Below, one piece after another: positions 57,870-64,000 of a DNA stretch of 64,000 nucleotides. This stretch comes from Candidatus Saccharimonadota bacterium (GTDB taxonomy: Bacteria > Patescibacteriota > Saccharimonadia > Saccharimonadales > UBA10212). The position numbers and the translations under genes were made by a program. The notes beneath the pieces were generated by a model, which was not told the origin of the DNA, did no database searches, and saw only the letters and a list, made by a program, of their open reading frames with translations. Numbering within the stretch: position 1 is the stretch's first letter; each line of letters starts with the position of its first letter. Location: assembly GCA_016187175.1 (NCBI GenBank), contig JACPKG010000002.1:12922-76921 (forward strand). The letters run 5' to 3'.

Positions 57870-59390
57870 ATGAGCGATAAGTTAAAAAAGAAGTTAGCTA
57901 AGCTACCGGTCGTGCCAGGAGTTTACTTTTTTAAGAATGCGGGCGGCGAAATCATTTATATTGGCAAAGCGGCGAATTTGCGTAACCGCGTGCGGCAATA
58001 CTTCCACGCCAGGCCCTCCGCTTCGCGCAGGGTTGCTGACGCCAAAACAGCCGCCTTGGTCAAAGAAATTGCCGATATTGACTGGATTGAAGTTGAGACC
58101 GAGGTTGACGCCTTGTTTATCGAAGCCGAGATGGTCCGGCGCTATATGCCTTCTTACAACATTCTATTGCGCGATGATAAAAGCCTGCTTTATATACGCA
58201 TTGACTACAAAAGCGATTACCCGACTGTAAGCTTTACTCGCCGGCCGCTGGATGACGGCGCCCAATATTTTGGCCCCTATGTTAGCAGCTGGGAAGTCAA
58301 AAAGGCTCTGCGCTATCTGCGCCGGGCCTTTCCGTACGCTACTGCCAGACCCCTCAGCCAAGCCGCCAACCGGCGGAGGGTTAGCTTGCATTATCACTTA
58401 GGCCTTGATCCTGGCTTGGAAGAAGGCCGCACCTCGCTTGCCGCTTATCGGGCCAACCTTAGGAGGCTGATGAAGTACCTGCGCGGTCAGCGTACGGCAC
58501 TGACGTGCGAGATCGAACGTGATATGAAACACGCAGCCAAAACTAGAGACTTTGAACAAGCCGCCAAATTGCGCAATCAGTTGTTTACGTTGCAATCCCT
58601 GAACCGCCAGGTGATATTTTCGGATCGTGAAATGCTGGACGCCAGCAAGGATCAGGCGCTGATTGAAATCACCAAATTACTTGGGCTCGATAAGCCGCCT
58701 AAAAGGGTGGAAGGTTTCGATATTAGTCATATCCAAGGTACCCACAATGTCGCCAGCATGGTTGTTTTTATAAATGGCGTACCTTGTAAGACGGACTACC
58801 GCAAATTCAAGATGCGTCTAGCCGGCAATGACGATTTTGCCCATATGCAAGAGGTCGTTACTCGCCGCTTGCGTGATCCGAATCGTAAAAAGTGGGGGCT
58901 GCCGGATTTAATCTTAATCGATGGCGGCAAAGGCCAGTTAAGCGCCGCTATGACCGCTCGCGATCAGGCTGGCTTTCCACAAATACCGATGATCGGCTTG
59001 GCCAAAAGGGAAGAAGAAATCATCATCCGCCAGCCGGCGGACGAAATCGAAAGTCGAAAGTCGCCCATTCGACAAGCTCAGGGTAAAAAAGTCGAAAGGT
59101 TTGAGGTCATTAGTCTGCCAGAAAATTCGCATTTGGTTAAATTGTTGCAACGAATTCGCGATGAAGCCCATCGTTTTGCCGTTAGCTACCATACGACTTT
59201 GCGCCAAAAACGCCAAACCGCCAGCTTGTTGGAAAATATTCCAGGTGTTGGGCCAGCGACCCGCCAGAAACTTATCCGTCAATTTGGCTCCGCGCGGGCC
59301 GTAGTCAATGCTAGTGCAGATCAGCTGCAAAGAGTGTTAGGCGTCAAGACCGCTACAACAATCGCCAAGTTTTTGTCCCAACTAAAATGA
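57870..59390 (+). CDS. uvrC: excinuclease ABC subunit C (short form) with an in-frame family-B repeat insertion
   Basis: GIY-YIG GVYFFKNAGGEIIYIGKAANLRNR, a UvrBC-interaction region, an RNaseH-like domain and a C-terminal HhH IPGVGPATRQKLIRQFGS are present. Confidence 0.85.
   Translation: MSDKLKKKLAKLPVVPGVYFFKNAGGEIIYIGKAANLRNRVRQYFHARPSASRRVADAKTAALVKEIADIDWIEVETEVDALFIEAEMVRRYMPSYNILLRDDKSLLYIRIDYKSDYPTVSFTRRPLDDGAQYFGPYVSSWEVKKALRYLRRAFPYATARPLSQAANRRRVSLHYHLGLDPGLEEGRTSLAAYRANLRRLMKYLRGQRTALTCEIERDMKHAAKTRDFEQAAKLRNQLFTLQSLNRQVIFSDREMLDASKDQALIEITKLLGLDKPPKRVEGFDISHIQGTHNVASMVVFINGVPCKTDYRKFKMRLAGNDDFAHMQEVVTRRLRDPNRKKWGLPDLILIDGGKGQLSAAMTARDQAGFPQIPMIGLAKREEEIIIRQPADEIESRKSPIRQAQGKKVERFEVISLPENSHLVKLLQRIRDEAHRFAVSYHTTLRQKRQTASLLENIPGVGPATRQKLIRQFGSARAVVNASADQLQRVLGVKTATTIAKFLSQLK
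59061..59096. repeat. family-B repeat core copy inside uvrC (TCGCCCATTCGACAAGCTCAGGGTAAAAAAGTCGAA; encodes SPIRQAQGKKVE), preceded by GAAAGTC direct repeats
   Basis: It resembles the 25339-25374 and 62238-62283 cores. Confidence 0.5.
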
Positions 59391-59462
59391 CAACCTGCCA
59401 ACGGCCCGCAGGTTTGAGCTGATACCGAGGACTGTTGGAGGTGCCTGGAACGGCAGGACCCG
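59391..59462. repeat. family-C element copy 2, immediately after the uvrC stop codon
   Basis: It is about 85% identical to 20805-20871. Confidence 0.6.
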
Positions 59463-59487
59463 CCAGATTTGGTACAATTACTATTAA

Positions 59488-59829
59488 ATGCAGTATTTTC
59501 TAACTCATTTTGCTGTCCGCTGGTTGGTTTCGGCTTTAGGTCTTTGGGTCGCTGCTTCATTACTGGGACCTGATCGGTTGAGCGTTGGCGAGGGCTTGGG
59601 CACGGTAGTTGGCGCCGGCTTCTTTTTAGCGTTGGTTAATATGGCTCTTAAACCAATCTTGGTTATATTATCTTTTCCGGCCATTATCTTCAGCCTAGGC
59701 TTGTTTATGCTAGCTCTTAACGGCTTTTTGATACTAATTGCTAGCTGGCTATATAGCCCGCTTTATGTCAAGAATTTCGGTATGGCAGTAGTGCTGGTAT
59801 CATCGTGGGGCTGGTTAACTTTTTGGTAA
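59488..59829 (+). CDS. small integral membrane protein (4 TM; holin/GtrA-like superfamily guess)
   Basis: 113 aa and hydrophobic. Confidence 0.35.
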   Translation: MQYFLTHFAVRWLVSALGLWVAASLLGPDRLSVGEGLGTVVGAGFFLALVNMALKPILVILSFPAIIFSLGLFMLALNGFLILIASWLYSPLYVKNFGMAVVLVSSWGWLTFW

Positions 59830-59946
59830 CTAAAGTTTTGGAGGAAACCTAAAAATGCAAAGCATTTTTAAGCAACAAACAACAAGCAACAAACAACAAG
59901 CTTTGTCCCTTGTTACTAGTTACTTGTTACTGCGAGCGGAGTTTGC

Positions 59947-60162
59947 ATGAACATTTGGAATTACATAACGATTGTTTCAGTTGTGCTACTGATTTTTCTG
60001 ATTTTAATTCAGACGCGTGGAGCTAGCCTGGGCGCTGGGCTAGGCGGCAGCGGCGAAGTCAACACCATCCGCCGCGGTTCAGATAAAACAATTCATCAGT
60101 TGACGATTATTTTGGTTATTATTTTTGCGGCCAGTATTTTGATGACTGTCGTGGCCAGCTAG
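59947..60162 (+). CDS. secG: preprotein translocase subunit SecG
   Basis: 71 aa with two TM helices and a Gly-rich loop LIQTRGASLGAGLGGSG. Confidence 0.6.
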   Translation: MNIWNYITIVSVVLLIFLILIQTRGASLGAGLGGSGEVNTIRRGSDKTIHQLTIILVIIFAASILMTVVAS

Positions 60163-60175
60163 CTCCCCTGCAAGT

Positions 60176-61972
60176 ATGAAACGACTGCCAATGGTGGATA
60201 ACGCGACCAAAAGGCGCTGGCGTCGCGGTTTCCGGCGCGGCCGCCAGGGAGCCGCCGAACTTAGCCAGCAAGCCGACCAACAGATCGAAAAATTGCTCCT
60301 GCGCCGTTTTGACCGACTGTTGTCAGTCCGGCGCTTTGTATTCTTGTGGATGCTGCTTTTTGTGGCCTTAATGCTTATCACAATTTTTCAGTACCGGGCT
60401 CTGTCACCTTATTATCAAAGCTTGCAGCCGCTGCCCGGCGGAATTTATAGCGAAGGCACCGTCGGGACATTTACCAACGCCAATCCGCTTTATGCTTCCA
60501 GTGCGCCGGATAGAGCTCTTAGCCGTTTGGTCTTTTCAAGCCTGCTGAAGTACGATACAGGCAATAATTTGGTTGGCGATCTGGCGCAAAGTTATGCTTT
60601 GGGACCCGCGCCAACGCACTACACCGTAAATTTAAAAAAGAATCTTACCTGGCATGACGGCCAAACGTTTACCTCAGCCGACGTTATCTTCACTTATAAA
60701 ACTATCCAGAATATCGAAGCCCAATCCTCACTCTATAACGCCTGGAAGGATATCACAGTGTCTGCGCCCGATGATTACACGGTCACATTTGACCTGCCCA
60801 ATCCTTTGGCGTCATTTCCGCATTCTTTGACCGACGGTATCATACCGGCGCATCTGTTAAAGGCCATTGCGGCTCCAGCTTTACGAAGTGCTCAGTTTAA
60901 TACAGCGCCTGTTGGCACTGGCCCGTTTGTTTGGAAATTTGTGGAAGTTTTAGGGTCGCCCACTACTGAGTGGCAACAGCGGATTAGCCTAGGGGCTTTT
61001 GACAAATATTCTGCTGGTAAACCAAAGCTGGACGGCTTTAATATTATTGCTTTTAACAGCGAAAAGCAGCTAATTAAGGCCTTCAAAAAAAAGCAGATTA
61101 ATGCCATGAGCGGGCTTGAATCATTACCCGAAGAGCTGGCCGGTGATGGCGGTTTACAAATTTACGTTACGCCGCAGACCAGCCTAGTCGCAGCCTTTTT
61201 TAACAACTCCCGTCCGGCTCTTTCTGATGTCAATGTCAGGCGCGGCTTGACTGCCGGTGTTGACAGGAGTCAGTTAATTAACCTAACCGGCAACCCTGTA
61301 GAACTGGCAGACGGACCACTGCTGCGCGGACAGCTTGGCTATAATGCCGGTCTTGTCCAACCTGGCTACAACCTGGAAGAAGCTAATAAATCCTTGGACA
61401 AGGCTGGCTGGACAGTGGGCGAAAAGGGTCTGCGATATAAAAACGGCCAAGTTTTGGAGATTTCACTGCGCTCTCAAGATACCCAGCAATACTCGCTACT
61501 GTCTCAGTTTTTACAGCAACAGTGGACTAAACTGGGGGTTCAGGTTAATGTCACTTACTATACTAGTGACGATTTGCAAAGCCAGATTGTGTCAACTCAC
61601 GATTACGATGTCTTAGTTTACGGCATTAGTATAGGCGCAGACCCCGACGTCTTTGCTTACTGGAACAGTTCACAGGCCAGCCTTACCTCTCAAGGCCGCT
61701 TAAACTTGAGCGAGTACAAATCCGGCACGGCCGATGAGGCTCTGGAAGCCGGACGTACTAGGACAGACACCAATCTACGGGTAGTTAAATATAAATCTTT
61801 CTTACAAGCGTGGATCAACGATGTTCCGGCGCTGGCGCTTTACCAGCCCAACTATATTTACATAATGCGCGGCCAGCTTTATGGCTATACTCGTAAAGCC
61901 AGCAACTCCGCCGCCGACCGTTTTTACAATGTCGATAATTGGATGATCCGCCAAAAACGCCAAACTAACTAA
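60176..61972 (+). CDS. membrane-anchored solute-binding protein, family 5 (oligopeptide/nickel ABC SBP-like)
   Basis: 598 aa with an N-terminal TM and SBP_bac_5-like blocks. Confidence 0.65.
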   Translation: MKRLPMVDNATKRRWRRGFRRGRQGAAELSQQADQQIEKLLLRRFDRLLSVRRFVFLWMLLFVALMLITIFQYRALSPYYQSLQPLPGGIYSEGTVGTFTNANPLYASSAPDRALSRLVFSSLLKYDTGNNLVGDLAQSYALGPAPTHYTVNLKKNLTWHDGQTFTSADVIFTYKTIQNIEAQSSLYNAWKDITVSAPDDYTVTFDLPNPLASFPHSLTDGIIPAHLLKAIAAPALRSAQFNTAPVGTGPFVWKFVEVLGSPTTEWQQRISLGAFDKYSAGKPKLDGFNIIAFNSEKQLIKAFKKKQINAMSGLESLPEELAGDGGLQIYVTPQTSLVAAFFNNSRPALSDVNVRRGLTAGVDRSQLINLTGNPVELADGPLLRGQLGYNAGLVQPGYNLEEANKSLDKAGWTVGEKGLRYKNGQVLEISLRSQDTQQYSLLSQFLQQQWTKLGVQVNVTYYTSDDLQSQIVSTHDYDVLVYGISIGADPDVFAYWNSSQASLTSQGRLNLSEYKSGTADEALEAGRTRTDTNLRVVKYKSFLQAWINDVPALALYQPNYIYIMRGQLYGYTRKASNSAADRFYNVDNWMIRQKRQTN

Positions 61973-62012
61973 GAAACATACCCCTGTATTGATATAATTA
62001 ATCTGTCCGCGT

Positions 62013-62086
62013 GGCGCGTTGGCCGAGAAGTTAGGCATGGGTCTGCAAAACCCAGAAGACGGGAGCATTACCCGTACGCGCCTCCA
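62013..62086 (+). tRNA. tRNA-Cys (anticodon GCA) with unusual T-loop AGCATTA; CCA encoded
   Basis: Acceptor GGCGCGT/ACGCGCC, D GCC/GGC, anticodon arm TGGGT-CTGCAAA-ACCCA, T ACGGG/CCCGT and discriminator U (Cys-typical). The TATAAT at 61993 is a likely -10. Confidence 0.5.
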
Positions 62087-62089
62087 CCC

Positions 62090-62175
62090 GGGCGGGTGGC
62101 GGAATTGGTATACGCGCAGCACTTAAAATGCTGTGCCCAAAAGGCTTGAGGGTTCAAGTCCCTCCCCGCCCACCA
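62090..62175 (+). tRNA. tRNA-Leu (anticodon TAA), class II with long variable arm, CCA encoded
   Basis: Acceptor GGGCGGG/CCCGCCC, D GCGGAATTGGTATACGC, anticodon arm CAGCA-CTTAAAA-TGCTG and T GAGGG-TTCAAGT-CCCTC. It starts 3 nt after tRNA-Cys. Confidence 0.8.
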
Positions 62176-62237
62176 AACTATTGCGCGATTTTCAAATAAG
62201 CGTTATTGTAAAACTACAAAATAAACTGATGTGGTCC

Positions 62238-62350
62238 TTCGACCCATTCGACCAAGCTCAGGATCGTCCTGAGTACATCGAATGGACGACTTCGCTCAGG
62301 ATCCTTCGACGGTTCACCCTGAGCAAGGTCGCCAAGGCGATCGCGTCGAA
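62238..62350. repeat. family-B stem-loop element, tandem/compound copy downstream of the tRNA pair
   Basis: TTCGACCCATTCGACCAAGCTCAGGATCGTCCTGAGTACATCGAA is about 85% identical to 25329-25374. A second related unit follows. Confidence 0.6.
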
Positions 62351-62372
62351 GGGTGGGTAGAGGGGAAACAAG

Positions 62373-62522
62373 ATGGAGTGGACCTGGGATTCACCCATAG
62401 CGCTTGGTCTGTTCTTGTTGATGGTTGGCACAACACTAGTTTTAGTGGGTGTAGCCATCGCCGTCGTATCCGGTAAGGCGAAGGTTTCTGACCTACCAGC
62501 ACTATTTTTGTGGCGCCGCTAA
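62373..62522 (+). CDS. small membrane protein (49 aa), not in ORF track (<60 aa)
   Basis: GAGGGGAAACAAG precedes the ATG. One TM segment reads IALGLFLLMVGTTLVLVGVAIAVV. A hairpin plus U-tract follows at 62538-62575. Confidence 0.3.
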   Translation: MEWTWDSPIALGLFLLMVGTTLVLVGVAIAVVSGKAKVSDLPALFLWRR

Positions 62523-62588
62523 TCTCTTCTCGAGAATAAAAAATCCTCCCTGGCTGACGGCGGGGATTTTTTATTGGTTTGGAAGTAA

Positions 62589-63851
62589 CTATAGGCTTGA
62601 TCTGTTAAGCGATCTGCCTGCAAGCATTAACGGTAGTATTATAAGACCTAACAGACCTCCCATTAGCGCTAAAGTCGCATAACTACTGCCAACAACGACA
62701 AAACCGCTTCCCATCCCCCCGGCCGCACCAGCTAAGGAAACAGTCATATCAACCGAGCCTTGAATACGGGCACGTTTATTAATAGGGGCGGCTTGGGTGA
62801 CAGCCGCTGTTCCGGCAATTAGTCCAAAATTCCAGCCCAATCCGAGTAGTCCTAGCGCGACACCTAGTAGAGTGATAGAATTGACCGGCGCGGAGGCGGC
62901 CAATACTCCAGCAGCCAGCAAGGTTAGTCCGCCCGCAACCAGTACCCGGCGATAGCCTAAACGGTCAACTGCTAACCCAGTTAGCGGTGACGGCAGATAC
63001 ATGGCTGCAATATGGATTGAAATTACCAATCCGGCCGCCGCCAGGCTCTGCCCGTGAAGCACCATATGTATTGGCGTCATTGTCATTATCGCTATCATAA
63101 TCATTTGTGTGACCAGCATGGCTGTAGCCGCTAACCAGATTGTGCGTCTTGGATCGTTGCCGGCCGCCTGTTTCTGATCGTCCGGCTGTTGGGAAGAACG
63201 CAAAGCCAGGGCGCGAGCTGTCAATAGCGGATCAGGCCGCATCGAGGTAAAAACCACAATAGCAGCCAACCCATATGCAAGCGTGGCTAACATAAAAGGT
63301 CCAGCCAAGCCTCTTACGCCTATTGACTGAGCAACCCTACCTGTTAACTCGACAAGGTTTGGGCCAAGCACTGCGCCTGCGGTAGTGGCAACTAGCACCG
63401 TACTGATTGCCCGTCCTCTTTTAGACGGCTCAGCCAGATCTGCTCCAGCATATCTGGCTTGAAGACTAGTCGCTGTGCCTGAGCCATATAGAAAAAGCGC
63501 AATAAAAAGAAGGGGTAGAGAATTAATAATTGCAGCTAAGACTATGCCTGCGGCACCGATGGCTCCAACCGAATATCCCATACTAAGTCCGGTTCGACGG
63601 CCGTATTTTTGGGATAGGTTGCCTACAAGCTTGGCTGCCACTGCCGAACCTAAAGTAAAAAGTGCCGCCGGTAGACCGGATATTCCGGTTGAGCCAGTCA
63701 TGTCTTCGACAAGCAGGGCACCGACGGCTATTCCCGCCGCTAATCCGGCACCGGCCATCAGCTGAGAACCTAGTAGGACGCCGATCGTCCTTCGGTATAC
63801 TGTTTCTCTATTCGTTCCTGTTGCTGACACGCGAAGATCAATATCCATCAT
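62589..63851 (-). CDS. MFS-family transporter
   Basis: 420 aa with about 12 TM helices and a GxxxDRxGRR-like motif, LAVDRLGYRRVL. Confidence 0.75.
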   Translation of the reverse strand: MMDIDLRVSATGTNRETVYRRTIGVLLGSQLMAGAGLAAGIAVGALLVEDMTGSTGISGLPAALFTLGSAVAAKLVGNLSQKYGRRTGLSMGYSVGAIGAAGIVLAAIINSLPLLFIALFLYGSGTATSLQARYAGADLAEPSKRGRAISTVLVATTAGAVLGPNLVELTGRVAQSIGVRGLAGPFMLATLAYGLAAIVVFTSMRPDPLLTARALALRSSQQPDDQKQAAGNDPRRTIWLAATAMLVTQMIMIAIMTMTPIHMVLHGQSLAAAGLVISIHIAAMYLPSPLTGLAVDRLGYRRVLVAGGLTLLAAGVLAASAPVNSITLLGVALGLLGLGWNFGLIAGTAAVTQAAPINKRARIQGSVDMTVSLAGAAGGMGSGFVVVGSSYATLALMGGLLGLIILPLMLAGRSLNRSSL

Positions 63852-64000
63852 TAAAGATAAAAGTAATACAGCCCTGCCTAAACTTCAACAAAAGTGTCGT
63901 AAACGGTCCCAATTTTTTGAAAGCATTACGAAAAACTTATATCTGCTAAGAGATAAAATCTCTCGCTGGAGAATTATACTAGAAGTCCCGTATCAGGAGT

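Overview
This window reads as a compact, gene-dense bacterial chromosome segment, roughly 45-50% G+C by eye, with short spacers. Housekeeping genes present: folD, murD, pgk-tpiA, pcrA/uvrD, rsmA, metG, tatD, a cysteine desulfurase, an F1Fo ATP-synthase block (b, delta, alpha, gamma, beta, epsilon; no a/c subunit genes seen), mnmA, a short-form alaS, ruvX, mltG, obg, sbcB, uvrA, uvrC, rplY and secG. There are 7-8 tRNAs with encoded CCA and one tmRNA. The gene content (short AlaRS, S/T/P-rich and LPXTG surface proteins, peptidoglycan hydrolases, little biosynthesis) is compatible with a small-genome, Gram-positive-type or Patescibacteria/CPR-like organism, but that is inference only. Several accessory signatures sit on this backbone. 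(i) A ~2.3-kb block of sharply higher G+C (8555-10857) is bounded by ~20-bp imperfect terminal inverted repeats and carries one Shine-Dalgarno-led gene for a secreted Lys/Pro-rich protein; its stop codon lies at the centre of a 37-bp palindrome. (ii) A second ~0.8-kb high-GC insert (22836-23614) between hairpins carries two small SD-led ORFs. (iii) One intact and one decayed IS200/IS605-family (HUH Y1, RAYT-like) transposase gene are each flanked by their own palindromic REP-like hairpins in inverted orientation. Extra copies of both palindromes are inserted in frame inside rsmA and mnmA, with a half-site in uvrA. (iv) An AT-rich HTH/LAGLIDADG-like gene is wedged between a degenerate and an intact tRNA-Arg. 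(v) Two further dispersed stem-loop repeat families occur, one of them in frame inside uvrC. (vi) Long perfect palindromes lie at the marR and uvrC promoters. No CRISPR array or rRNA was seen. All coordinates come from manual reading and may be off by a few nt.
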